A stretch of 64,000 nucleotides of DNA from Octopus bimaculoides (taxonomy: Eukaryota), in assembly GCF_001194135.2 (NCBI RefSeq), contig NC_068994.1, positions 24,494,944 through 24,558,943 of the forward strand, given 5' to 3'. The translations under genes were made by a program, and so were the position numbers. Positions 38,340-51,246 of the stretch are shown here, one piece after another; the first letter of the stretch is position 1; each line of letters opens with the position of its first letter. Below the pieces are notes generated by a model. The model saw nothing but the letters and a program-made list of their open reading frames with translations. It had not been told where the DNA came from and did no database searches.

Positions 38340-39950
38340 AACCTTTAGGATCTTGACTTTAATGCTTCATGTCCAAGACTGTCAGGTTGAAGATACAGTT
38401 CTGCTGCTGGATCTGCATAATTGATTGCAGAAAGCAATTTTGAAACTTGTTCAAGCTGTTTGATATGTCTGCAATACACTGTCCACATTCCACACACATA
38501 CAGGAGTGATGGAAGCCCAACAGCATTGGTGGAGAGGTGAATATCTTTGTGCTGCAGAACTTCCCAACACTTGACTTGCTTTCTGTTAAGGGCGCCACCA
38601 CTGGAGATGGTACTCCCCAAGTATTTGAAGCTATTGCGTGTTATCAATGGTAATGCATGATTGTAGAAGGAAACTGTTAGGTGTAGGTTGAAGGAGGGCC
38701 TCTGTCTTACTGAGGCTGATTGTCAAACTGAACAATCTGGATGCAGTGGAAAACCTATTAACAGGTGCCCAGTCATCTGCAAAGAATTTGTCTTTGATGA
38801 GCTTCCAGAAGCTTTTTGTGTGTGTTGCAAGGCAAAGCATGTTGCCCATCCAGATAGTATTTGATGTAAATGCCCAGATTTGAGTCTTCAGCAGCATGTA
38901 GAACTTTGGTGGAAAAAGAGATTAAAGAGTACTGATGCAAGCACACATCCTTGTTCAACACCATTGGAGATGTCAAACTTCTTACCAGGTTCATCAACTG
39001 AGTGCATCTCTCCAGTCATGTTATCATGAAAGAGATATATGAAGTTGGTGAATTTTGGTGGGTAGCCAACTTCCCAAGAATGATCCACGGATCTTCTCTG
39101 TTGACCTTGTTGCATGTCTTATCAGAGGGATAAAAACAAAACACAAGTTCATGTTCTGCTCTAAGCATTTCTTCTGCATTTGTCTGACACTGAAAATCAT
39201 ATCTATAGTGCTACATTCAGGCTGAAATCTGCATTCCAACTCAGGAAGATACTTCTTTGGATGCTGTTAAAATAAGTCTATTAAGGATGGTGTGGGCCAG
39301 AATTTTGCTGATGATGGAAAGTCAAGAGATGCCTCAGTTGTTCTCTCAGTTTGTTCATAAACCTTTGTTCTTATTTAGGGAAAGTATTGCTGCATGCCAA
39401 AGGTCATGTGGCAGTTCTTTTTCTTCCCAGATACTGACCTGGAATACTTCAAGGGGCTCCTAGCTGAAGGCTTTGTATAGCTCTTCAAGAATGCTATCCT
39501 TGCTGTGTGCTTTGCTACAGCTCATCTGCTTTATGGCTGACAAGGAAGACCTGTACATGAAAATATTATAGTGGGAAAAGCCTTGACACAGCCCCACTCT
39601 ATCAGCCTCAAAGTCAAGATCCACTGGCATGATCATTATGAATAGTTGCCTCTTCAGCTTTGAAATGCTGGCTAGTAGATTGATACAATCCACTTCATTG
39701 ACCACTTTTGGGACTCTTGCTCCAGATTTCTTCTCTTGGTTAACTTCCATATCCTTTCCCATGGCTGGGTGTAGTTAAAAGGCAGTGAAAGTTTTAAGTC
39801 AGGTTTTTTTTTCTAGGTGAGCTATTGGTCAAGACTGATGGACTCCACCTACCTAAAGCAACTGGTTTTGAGGTGCCAAGGATCTACTTTTGCTTCTTCT
39901 CCCATTAGTAGGAACCACATGAAGGCTGGGAGCTGGACTCGGTTAATAAA
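38340..39950 (-). mobile_element. Internally deleted RTE (BovB-like) LINE
   Basis: STIDMIFSVRQMQKKCLEQN, NGVEQGCVLASVLFNLFF, FFADD, FKYLGS motifs. 39.8-39.95 kb resembles an RTE 5' region. Confidence 0.75.
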
Positions 39951-40077
39951 GGCTGTTCGAGACACAAGCTACATGGAAGCACTTCAGAGGCAATGAAAGC
40001 CTATCCCCATTACAACTTTCAGTTATGCCAACTTTGAAATTCACATGCATGCATACATGTGTATATATGTCCACACA

Positions 40078-40240
40078 TACGATTGAAAATCCTTTATCTG
40101 AACTTCCAGAATCTGGATAATTTTTGAAAACTGACATAACATGCCACAAGTGGAAATTCCACCAATTGCTGAGAAAGTTCCACAAAGTACAGATGTGTGC
40201 CATTAAAACACAGGAGTTCATAAGCAGCAACTATCATGTT
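40078..40240. mobile_element. Possible Tigger/pogo-type MITE fragment
   Basis: GACAT..CATGCCACAAGTGGAAATTCCAC resembles Tigger4/Zombi-type subterminal sequence as I recall it; ends not defined. Confidence 0.35.
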
Positions 40241-40461
40241 TCGCTTTGTTTATTTGGTTTTTAATAGTAGAAGACACTTTTCCGAGGTTCTACACAATGG
40301 GACTAAGCCCGAAATATATACATATACACATAAGGTATATACATGCATAATGTGTAAGTTTGTGTGTGTACACATATATTTATATGCATGTATGTATGTA
40401 TAAGTGCTTACACACACCCATATGTATATATGTATCATACATATATATATATATATATATA

Positions 40462-40600
40462 TCATCATTGTCGTTTAATGTCCACTTTCCATGCTGGCAT
40501 GGGTTGGACAGTTTGACTGAGGGCTGGCGAGCCAGAAGGCTGCGCCAGGCTCCAGTCTGATCTGACAAAGTTTCTACAGCTAGATGCCCTTCCTAACACC
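40462..40600 (-). mobile_element. RTE-tail-related SINE-like 3' fragment
   Basis: CATCATTGTCGTTTAATGTCCACTTTCCATGCTGGCATGGGTTGG...GATGCCCTTCCTAAC. Confidence 0.65.
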
Positions 40601-40626
40601 AATTTATATATATATATATACATACA

Positions 40627-41016
40627 TAGGTGCAGGAGTGGCTGTGTGGTAAGTAGCTTGCTTAGCAACCACATGGTTCCGGATTCAATCCCACTGCATG
40701 GCACCTTGGGCAAGTGTCTTCTACTATAGCCTCGGGCCGACCAAAGCCTTGTGAGTGGATTTGGTAGACGGAAAACTGAAAGAAGCCCGTCGTATGTATG
40801 TATATATATGTTTGTGTGTCTGTGTTTGTCCCCCAACATCGTTTGACAGCCGATGGTGGTGTGTTTATGTCCCCGTAACTTAGCGGTTCGGCAAAAGAGA
40901 CCGATAGAATAAGTACTAGGCTTCCGAAGAATAAGTCCTGGGGTCGATTTGCTCGACTAAAAGAGGCGGTGCTCCAGCATGGCCGCAGTCAAATGACTGA
41001 AATAAGTAAAAGAGTA
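40627..41016 (+). mobile_element. tRNA-headed SINE family A, full length, young
   Basis: A-box-like TGGCTGTGTGG, B-box GGATTCAATCC, conserved core, CpGs retained, TAAAAGAG tail. Confidence 0.85.
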
Positions 41017-41149
41017 TACACACATATGTATGTATGTATACCCTTTTAACATTAACTGTTGGAGAAAAAAGAGTACTCAGTACCATGGTAGAGATTTATA
41101 ATATATCTTATTTTGATCAAGTGAGTCTCTTACTACTCTGTTATCAGCT

Positions 41150-42420
41150 GTAGGTGCAGAGGGTCTTCCTGTGCACCTACAGCTAAAGCACAGAGTAGCA
41201 AGAGATTGACTTAACCAAAATGAATGGATAAAGTGCATACTTAATTGTAAACCATACAGCTCATTTAATGGTGTTTCTACAAAGCACAAAATATTGGCAA
41301 CAAAGATATGTCTAAGCCTCCAAGCAACTAAGAAAATAACAGCCTCAGTCCATCTATTTGCCTGTCATACAAGATAAAGAAATTTGCAAAAATTTCATCA
41401 TCATCTTGAAAAATCCTTTTGATGTTTTCCAGCTTGAGAGAGAAGACTTATAGCCAAATACCTTGAATGCAAACTTTATCAAAATACATCATGAATATGC
41501 CAAAGTATGCCTTCCATGAAAGACTAGATTTAAAAGAAATCTGCCTTAGGAAAAAAAGAAACCATAATAGGTAAGAAGAAATACCTCAAGCAGCTCTATG
41601 AGATCAAAAACAGAAACCCAACTGCAGCAAATACAGAAAAAAAACAAATAAACGCAGAAGGAACTCGCAGAAAAAACATCAAAAGTATATTCAGCACCAA
41701 GTTGACTCTATTGAGCAAGCAGCAGAGAACATGCAAATATCCCTAGCTTAGAAAGAAGACTTCTAGAGCAATGGTAAAATCATCTAGCCAGCATAACCGT
41801 CTAAAAAAGTAGAAAAAACCCTTCCAAAATCAGCTTGGCAAGGTCTGTTATTGATGACACTACAACCAAGCTGATTGTTACCAAGAACTCAGTATCAAGA
41901 CTGAGACATTTGCAATAGATGAACTCCTGGCTCTGCCAAAGAAATTACAGAATAATAAATCTATAGGTCTTGACTCACTTGTATCATACTTGTTTATAAT
42001 ATATCTGGATTATTATATCTTATATGTATGCTTTGATATCAACAAGGGTTATGAATTTACACCTGAGACAGCTAGAAGTAGAAGTTATCTTGCAGTTGAA
42101 TTATTGGATGTCAACTTTGCTGATGATCTTACTCTTTTTACAGAATTAGCAGAGAAAATATTACATGCTCTTGAGACAGCAGCTGCACATAGAGGACTAT
42201 GTCTCGATGCTGGTAAGACAGAAGACTTGGACTTTAATATAATAGGTGATATCTACACTTTGAATGACACCAATCTGAAAATGGTTGATGACTACTTACC
42301 TGGGAAGTAACATCGTTTCATGAGAAAAGGACATCCAGGGAAGGATTGCAAAAGTATGGAATGCCCTAGACAGACTCTGACTTATATGGAAGTTTATAAA
42401 ATATTTATTAGTAACAGAAA
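41150..42420 (+). mobile_element. Decayed, internally deleted LINE (RTE-like RT)
   Basis: LLDVNFADDLTLF...LETAAAHRGLCLDAGKTE...VDDYLPGK matches RT domains 5-7. Confidence 0.65.
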
Positions 42421-42459
42421 GGTAATATTTATCCTCACTTAAACTATACTGTAGTAGTT

Positions 42460-45400
42460 ACCATGAGAGAAACTCTCGTCTTGGTTTCTGGTGCAAAAAT
42501 GCACTCTTGTCTTCTTCTTTCCATATGGAGAGCCAGGCTGGCAACCATATATTATTGATAATAAAACTAAAGCAAACATAAGGCAAGATGTTACAATGCT
42601 TCTACATAAAGTATCTCTTACAGCAGTTAGAGATGGTGAGTTCAACCCAGTTATCCATGAAGCTCTTCCAGCAATGGGCAGTAGACTCTTACCTGCAAGT
42701 CTAAAGTAACAATATAAATTTTGTGATGAACTATCAACACAGGTTGAAAGTTGAACAATACTGTGGTCTTGCTGGTCATTTACGGAATGCTGCAAATGCT
42801 CAAGTAGGATACACAGTTATCTTGCCTTCACCATTTCAAGGTTCTCCTAGGAATATGCATGAGTGCTATCAAGATACCATGGCTATTGTTTGCATATATG
42901 ATCCTCCTGTTATCTTCCTCACAATAACATGCAATCCTAATTGGCAAGAAATTAGAGAGAATTTACTTCCCGGCCAAACTTTATCAGATAGACCAGACTT
43001 GGTGGTCCATATATTCAGTATAAAGCTGCATGAACTCTTGAATGACATCACTAAGAAACATTTATTTGGACAAGTCACTGCTTACTGCTTCACCATTGAA
43101 TTTCAAAAGAAAGGCTTACCACATGCCCATCTATTGATCATTTTGCACCCTGATGATAAATTGGATGATCTTTAAAAAATTGATCAAATTGTCTGTGCCA
43201 TGATCTCAGATCCTGTCACTGAACCTCTACTTCATGAAACAGTGAAAAGGTGCATGATCCATGGGCTCTGTGGTGATCTCAACCCTACTGCTCCCTGCAT
43301 GGAAAATAACAAGAAATTAAAGAATTTCCAAAGGAGTATCAACAAGAGACACAGATAAACCCAAATGGTTACCCGTTGTACTGACGACGTCAGGGGGCAT
43401 TAGTTCGAGTTTGCAACCATGCAATAGACAACCGATATATAGTACCCTACAATAAATATCTCTGCCATAAGTTCAGTGCTCACATTTGTGTTGAAATTTG
43501 CCTCTTTGTCTCCTCTGTGAAATATATTTACAAGGATATCTACAAGGGATATGACTCCATCAATCTTGACATCCATGAAGCAGTTTCAAACAATAAGATT
43601 GAGCATGATGAAGTACGCAACCATTTAAATGCTAGGTATGTGAGAGCTCCTGAAAATATGTGGCACCTGCTTGAGAATAAAATGCATGACAGATCTCATT
43701 CAGTTATTTGTCCGCCTGTCCATCTGTCACAAGAGCAACTTTTATGCTTTGAAGAGGTCAAGAGAAATAGGTACTTGAGAGAGCAATACAGAAGAACACA
43801 CCACTAACAGCTTGGTATCTTCTGAATCAAACAGATGAAAATGCCTGGAACTTGCATTATTCGGATATTCTGTACAGTTATGTCTGCAATAAGCAGACTA
43901 CTGTATGGAAACGCAGACAAAGAGGAGGTGATAAAGTCATCTCCAGATTGTACACTGTTAGCCCAAAGCATGAGGAGCGATTTTACTTGAGACTGTTGTT
44001 GCTATATGTTCCTGGAGGTCAAAGTTATGAGGATGTGAAAACAGTAGACGGTATAGTCTGCAACTAATTTAAAGAAGCTGCTCTCAGAAGAAATTTAGTT
44101 CAAAANNNNNNNNNNNNNNNNNNNNNNNNNNNNNNNNNNNNNNNNNNNNNNNNNNNNNNNNNNNNNNNNNNNNNNNNNNNNNNNNNNNNNNNNNNNNNNN
44201 NNNNNNNNNTGAAGGAGTTAATATTGTGCGGTGCACTGCATCCTTCACAGAAGCTCAGCGCCAGGTCTGCAAACACATTACTGCAGCCATCAATGACAAT
44301 GAACAACAGAGTAGATTCTTTTCCCTCGATGGCCCTGGAGGTACGGGAAGACCTACCTGTACAATACATTGATAGCTTCTCTGAGAAGGCAAAACAAGTG
44401 TATCCTTTCCTATGCTACTAAAGGCATAGCTGCTGATTTGCTCATTGATGGAAGGACAGTTCACAGTGGACTCAAGCTACCTGTCCCATTGCATGATAGT
44501 TCCACCCCTCACATGAGAATCCCTTCAGAGTCCTCTGAAAAATTAAAGCAGGCTCACCTTTTAATTGTTGATGAAGCATCAATGTTATCATGCCATGCTC
44601 TGAGAGCCATTGATCTGCTGCTGAAGCAAATAATGAATTCACTCAGACCATTTGGTGGAAAAGTGTTGCTACTTGGTGGAGACTTCAGACAAACTGCACC
44701 TGTCATCCCACAAGGATTCAATGCAACAGTAACTGAGTCATCAATTAAGCAGTCTCGTCTCTGACATTTCGTAACAAAACTCAGTTTGACAGAAAATATG
44801 CGCATGGCTGGGCAAGATGACTTCAACAGGTGGCTCTTAGAAGTTGGAAATGGAACCCTCTCCAACAATGAAGGGCTGGAAGAAAACCTCATAGAAATAC
44901 CTTAAAACACAGTATGTACAAACAACATTGTTAGAGAAATTTTGGAGAAAGAATTATTACTAGACAATGATGAGGTAGTTGAATGAGTGACATCAACAAT
45001 CATTTTGACACCTAAAAACAAAGATTGTTTTCATATAAACACTGACATAATGTCCTTATTGCCTGGAGAGACAATGATCTGCAGAAGCCTTGACACCATA
45101 GTTGAAGAAAATAACAAAGCTGTTACACATTATCCAGTGGAGTTTTTAAATTCACTGATACTTTCTGGGATGCCACCTCATATACTGACCTTGAAGAGGC
45201 ATTCGATAGTCATGTTGCTAGAGAGCTTTACTCAATGGGACCTGGATCTTAGTGCTGTCCATCAAGGATTTTTTCATTCATGGAAAAATACTTAGTGGAA
45301 GTAAGAAAAGAGAGGAGACCTTCATTCTGCGCATCAACCTCTGTCCTAGTGAGACAACCTTTCTCTTTAGTATGAGTAGATGACAGTTTCCTGTTATCCC

Positions 45401-45704
45401 AGCATTTGTAATGACTATAAACAAATCACAAGAGCAGAGCTTCAATTATGTTGGTATCATCCTACCATCACCAGTAGTCAGCCATGGACAACTTTATGTT
45501 GCATTGAGTAGAAGTAGAAGTTGTAATAATATTAAAATGTTGGTAAAGGACCGTCCAAAACAAGATGAACTCATTGCTGGTAGGGTTTTCACTAGAGACA
45601 TGGTGTTGAAGCAGTTACTGAGGCAAAGGTTGTAATGTTTTTATTTTAATTTTATTTTTCGTATCATTTTCATGCTGTCATTTCTGATGGCACAGATACA
45701 CTAG
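42460..45704 (+). mobile_element. Decayed autonomous Helitron (Rep + PIF1-like helicase), 5'-truncated, 3' end intact
   Basis: Rep motifs FLTITCNPNW, EFQKKGLPHAH, KYIYK; helicase motifs [38 protein letters not shown]. 3' hairpin TGCTGTCA-TTTC-TGATGGCA (45673-45692) then CTAG (45701-45704) before T. Confidence 0.93.
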
Positions 45705-45911
45705 TAAGTAATGGTTTCACTAGTAAGTAATGGTTAAAAGCAGGAAACCAAAACAAGGATAGTTAAATAATATCTTGTATGTATAGTAGCTTCAATTTTC
45801 TTAAAATAAAAATGGTGATAAACTTTTAAAATAACAGCAAAGTTGTCTTTTTCTTCTTATACTTTTTTTAACTTACTGCATATTATAATATATATTTTCT
45901 TTTGCTTTCAG

Positions 45912-45951
45912 GAATCGGGATAATGAATATGTGACTATCACACAACCTTGA
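45912..45951 (+). CDS. Probable terminal coding exon (K-NRDNEYVTITQP-stop)
   Basis: Acceptor TTTTCTTTTGCTTTCAG|G. Phase 2 completes AAG with exon 4. TGA at 45949-45951. Short exon, so support rests on the splice signal and phase only. Confidence 0.55.
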
Positions 45952-46524
45952 AAGTATTGGGTGCATTTTGACTTTCACTCTTCTGTGAAACAGATGTTTT
46001 CAATGGCATGTTGTTGCTGTTAGTGATGGCAATCATTGTTCAAAAGCACTACCACCAACTTCAAGTTATATTTCACCATTTACCAGAGGTTACTAAAATA
46101 CAAAATGTCCAGCATCTTTTCTTTATCTCTCTTTACACACACTTAGACAGGTCATTTTTAGATATAAATTTATCCTTATGATAGTTTTGGTAAAAACTAC
46201 CTGAATATTGATTCTGTGCAAGTCAGCTGTATGATGATGAACATTGCTTGCAGTTTTACAAAGCAAGTGCCTTCACTTAACTATTCTTGCGTACTGTCTC
46301 ATTTTCTGTGTATACATGTTAAGATTATCCTGTGCCAAGTTCTGAATTTGGCAACAAGGTTTCAGTTATTTTTATCAGTTTTAAAACATTGGCACAAGTG
46401 AAAGTATAGGAAGGCGTGTAATTGATTTTCATGATCTCATTTCATGCTTAGCACTTATTTCATCATTTCTTAGGAATGAAAGACAAAATCAGTTTTGGCA
46501 GCATTTGAACTTATAGCATATCAT

Positions 46525-46640
46525 TGTCAGCATCATCATCATCATCATCATCATCATCATTATCTTTTAATGTCAGTCTTCCATGCATGCATGGGTAGGA
46601 CAGTTGACAAAAGCTGGCCAGGTAGAAGATTACCCCAGTG
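46525..46640 (-). mobile_element. RTE-tail-related fragment with (CAT)n tail
   Basis: (CAT)n-TTTAATGTCAGTCTTCCATGC...ATGGG. Confidence 0.55.
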
Positions 46641-47541
46641 ATGAAATTATTTTCTGAAAGGTTTTTAGTCCAGTATGCTACCTTTTTGACTGCAGAAAAA
46701 GAGTAGACAAGGCAATATATAATGACAGAAAAGTATTCATCAACTAATCTGGCATAAAATTAAAGTCTAAAAATAAAAACCTGTGTATTGATTTGTATGT
46801 TTTTATGAAGAAAGATAGCAATCTGAATTATGGTTTGTGACAGCAAGAATATGGGGCACCATGCTGCAAATTGTAAAAATATGGAGTATTTTCTTTTCCT
46901 CAAAGCTGAGATGGCTTATGTCATTTCTCTTCTCACAAGTACAGACACAAGGAAACCAGCCTCTTCATGGTCACTTAATCTGCTGAAAATAGCAGCCAAA
47001 TTCCTTTAAACAATATTTCTACTGTCTTCAAAAAGAAAGAAGGCATTTGATGATACAGTCCTAAATAACCTTAAAAACAGCACAATTGTTAAGGCTAGAA
47101 TGTCTTTGGTCATTAGTCTATACAATCAAGACTGAAGTGTGATTAAACAACAGCAACCAAAATGTCTTTGCAAGTAATAAGCTACAAAAGAAGCTAAAAT
47201 CTTCCACAGTATTCATTTATGGATTCTGATGTGACATAGGGAAAAGAAGTTTATGAGTTTTGTAAATGGAAACTTGTTATGGGGCTAACAGGAGAAAGCT
47301 TCAGAGAAAGAACTCCGTTGGCCCATTCATTCCTGATACTCTAAGGGAGCTGAGCTCACTTGTCATGACTCCTTGATGTCTTACTGTTTTGAAATGCCAC
47401 CTTTAATGGGGATTAAACTCGGAATTGTTGAGTGAGCTTATTGCTAAGCCGCAACGAACACCACACAGACTTACACTTTCTTTCCGCCTATAGTTAGCAG
47501 CTTGCTGTATTCCATTCCTTTTCAGTTCCATCTGTCATTTC

Positions 47542-47773
47542 TTATTTCTTTACTGCCCACAAGGGGCTACACACAGAGGGGACAAACAAGGACAGACAAA
47601 CGGATTAAGTCGATTACATCGACCTCAGTGCGTAACTGGTACTTATTTAATCGATCCCGAAAGGATGAAAGGCAAAGTCGACCTTGGCGGAATTTGAACT
47701 CAGAACGTAGCGGCAGACGAAATACCGCTAAGCATTTCGCCCGGCCTGCTAACGATTCTGCCAGCTCGCCGCC
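47542..47773 (-). mobile_element. tRNA-headed SINE family B, full length, with 11-bp TSD
   Basis: Minus strand GGCGGCGAGCTGGCAGAATCG (A box) ... GAGTTCAAATTCC (B box). TSD TCTGTCATTTC at 47531-47541 and 47774-47784. Confidence 0.9.
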
Positions 47774-49108
47774 TCTGTCATTTCCATCTGTCATTTCTTT
47801 TCACCCATAATCACCCATAACCACACTGAGCTCTTCTCAGCTGTTGCTATTCTTCTGCAACCCTTGATTCTGAGCTGTCAGTGTTAACTTTATATTTCTA
47901 GCATCAACAAAATAAATACCAAGCATGTGCTAAGTTTGATTTTATCAACTAATGTTGGACCTTGTCCCAGAAATGAGGAAATAATTAATATTAGTAACTT
48001 GGTTTTTTCATTTGTTTCATTCACTTCAAATATCCATTCAAGTCTGAAATTATTTTAATTATTCTAAGCACATACTAAAATGTATTTTACTACATTTCTC
48101 CACTATTACACTATACTAACCACTTTTACACATTACTTCATTATATTGTGCCAACCAGCAAGAGGAACGTCTATGTATTCATTGCTTGAAATTATACTCA
48201 AATTGCCCTTAAATCATATCCTACTACCTGAAATAAAGAAGGATACCATCAGGGATTATTTATATTGATTACATTGTCGTCTTAGATATACAAACAGATG
48301 GAACCTCATTGATCATATGTTTGACCTAATACTTATTATGCAACATTAAATTAAAAAAAAAGAACATTTAGATATCTTAATATTTTTTCTCTTCCTATTA
48401 CATAGAACTATTTACAACAATTAAAGCGATAGCAACTAAAATATTAATACCTTACTTCAGAACAAGACTGCATATTTATATACAGTCACCTTGAGAGATT
48501 CCTAATATATTTCTCAACTTCTTTATAAACCTGGAAGTGATGAAAAGCAAGTTGACTTTCAGAAAATTTGTACTCACAACATGTTTCTGAGTACTCTATT
48601 AATTTTGCATAACAACAATCAAAATTAAATATCAGGAACAAACTGGAAATACTTAGTTTGAAAAAAACAAGTTTTGAATTATGGATAGTGAAGAAACACA
48701 TTGCATAGTTTCCTAAGGCACTGATTAAGGCTAGAATATCTTTGATCATTGGTCAACACAGGTTTGCGCTGGGATTAAACAACAACAAACCTTTAAAAGA
48801 AGTTCTCAAAAGTAATAAGGTACAAAAGAAGCTATAACCTTCCCCAATATTCATTCATGGACTCTGATTTAGTGTGAGAAGAAATTACAAGCTGAAAGAC
48901 AACATCAATATCATTGTCTCCATGCAATGCAAAAGCGTTCAAAAAGGAGAAGTGAAACAATTTTTAAATAATTTTGTTTCTTTTTAAAACACTCTATCTC
49001 TGGACATTTGTAAAAGCTTTCACAAAGTGATTAAAAGTAAAGGGGTTGTAACTGTTGTTTGCCAGCACCACACTTGTCATATTTTATGAGTTATCCTAAG
49101 GTGGCATT

Positions 49109-49322
49109 GAGGTGGCAGAATCATTAGCACACCAGGCGAACTGCTCAGCAGCATCTCATCCATCTTTGCATTTTGAGTTTAAATTTCGCTGAGGTCGACT
49201 TTGCCTTTCTTCCTTTCAGGGTTGATAAAATAAGTACCATTTGAGCACTGGGGTCAGTGTAATTGACTTGCCCCCCTCTCCCAATATTTCTGGCCTTGTG
49301 CCTATAGTAGAAAGAATATTTC
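49109..49322 (+). mobile_element. tRNA-headed SINE family B, older copy
   Basis: GGCAGAATCATTAGC...GAGGTCGACTTTGCCTTTC.TCCTTTC core shared with 47542-47773. Confidence 0.75.
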
Positions 49323-49902
49323 TGAGTTATCTTTGTAATCATTCATCTTCTCTGTTTGTAAATAAGTAACAGCTGTATATTGGGATTGAGTGTATGAAGT
49401 ATGAACCTCACATTTTTTTGTTAACTTTTCAAGTTATTCTGCAGTGATACAAAAATTCATGCTTCTAATGAGCCAAAGGTAAGTCAACATGAAAATATCA
49501 ACATATAACTACTATAACAATAGTAATAATAAGCTTTGTGCTTATATCAGAACTCAGTGATAATAATAATGACGATAATTTCTCACAAGTAATGATTGTT
49601 TCTTGCAATGTTTACAAGAAGAAACATGATTCAGTAATGTTCTTGTCTTTTTGCAAAAGCATTAATAGCCTATTTGAATGAAATGGTTCTAACTGAAAAA
49701 AAATATGGATTTCAACTTATTCTACAGTTCTCACCTCTAAAAAATATGTATTATTTATTTTGTAACACTTAGTCATGGGAGTAAGGACAGTGCCTAAGAC
49801 ATTAATAGCTCACCCAAACTGAAAACATCAGGGCAGTAAATGAAAACTTCAACCCTGGGGTTGGGAAAAGGCTTAATCAAGAATCTGGGACATGAAATAT
49901 AC

Positions 49903-50200
49903 TATCATCATCATCCTTTTTACATCTGCTTTCCATGCTGGCATGGGTTGAACAGGTTATCAATGTTTGTGTCAGTCCTTATTTAGAGTTACTTCCCTCC
50001 GAGGAATGACCAGAAACGTTGCTTCACTCATTCATTTTCATTTGAGCATAGTTTCTATTAGATGCTTTACTTAATGCCAGACACTTTACTGAATGTACCA
50101 GGTGTATTTTTTTCCTGGCACTAACGCTAGAAAAGCTGTTATGCTCTTGACAAGACAAGACTATCCTCTTTGCTATATAATGTCTCTGTTCATCCACCAC
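49903..50200 (-). mobile_element. RTE-tail-related SINE-like element
   Basis: (CAT)n...CTTTCCATGCTGGCATGGGTTG. Confidence 0.5.
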
Positions 50201-50826
50201 TTCACAGTGTTCTAAATGTACTTTATTGTAATACCTGTACTTGTACCAGGATCTTCACTGCTCTACATTGACTTGAATGTGAGGGAGAGAAGGAAAGCAT
50301 TGACAATAGGGGTGAGAAACTGGAGAGCTAGTGCTGGAGAATAATGAGTAGTAATAAAGAAAATGTGTAAAAAGGGAAATAATAATGGCATGGTGTAAAT
50401 GGCAGCTACATATTTGCCAGTCAAAAATTAAGTGCAAGTAGTGAGTAACTGTTGGAATTGTGATGGATGTCAGTAAAAAGCAACAAATGTATGCTAGTAG
50501 GAGATAATGTTAGTAATGGATGATTGGTAAATGGAAATCATGCCAATTAAAGAGTGATCTCAGGGAGGGGGGGGGCATCGTGATAAACTCATATGTAAAT
50601 ATGTGAATACACAAATATATGCATGCAGACAATTATGTACACACACATAGAAGTATTTTAAATTTAGAAGTGCAAAATGATTATGTAAATGGTTAATCAT
50701 AAATCAAAATCAGTTTATAAAGGTGATGTAAATGCAGTGAAAGCTATAATGGGAAAAGTTATAGTAATAATTGTTAATGATTATTTTTTTGAATTTTTAT
50801 AACTTAAAAGAAAAAATTTTATACAT

Positions 50827-51184
50827 GTAGGCACAGGAGTGACTGCGTGGTAAGTAGCTTGCTTACCAACCACATGGTTCCAAGTCCAGTGGCACTTGGG
50901 CAAGTGTCTTCTTCTATAGCCTCAGGTCGACCAAAGCCTTGTGAGTGGATTTGGTAGATGGAAACTGAAAGAAGCCCATCGTATATATGTCTGTGTTTGT
51001 CCCCCCAACATCGCTTGACAACCGATGCTGGTGTGTTTATGTCCCCGTAACTTAGCGGTTCAGCAAAAAAGACCGATAGAATAAGTACTAGGCTTACAAA
51101 GAATAAGTCCTGGGGTCGATTTGCTCCACTAAAGGTGGTACTCCAGCATGGCTACAGTCAAATGACTGAAACAAGTAAAAGAGT
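50827..51184 (+). mobile_element. tRNA-headed SINE family A, full length
   Basis: Colinear with 40627-41016. Confidence 0.85.
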
Positions 51185-51246
51185 ATGTATATAGCTAAAC
51201 ACAATGCATATGTGATCAATATACGCACAAAAGTTATAAATACATA

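Noticed and set aside
40627-40700. tRNA genes suggested by A/B boxes
   Set aside because: The boxes are SINE heads continuing into repeat bodies; no cloverleaf with an acceptor stem.
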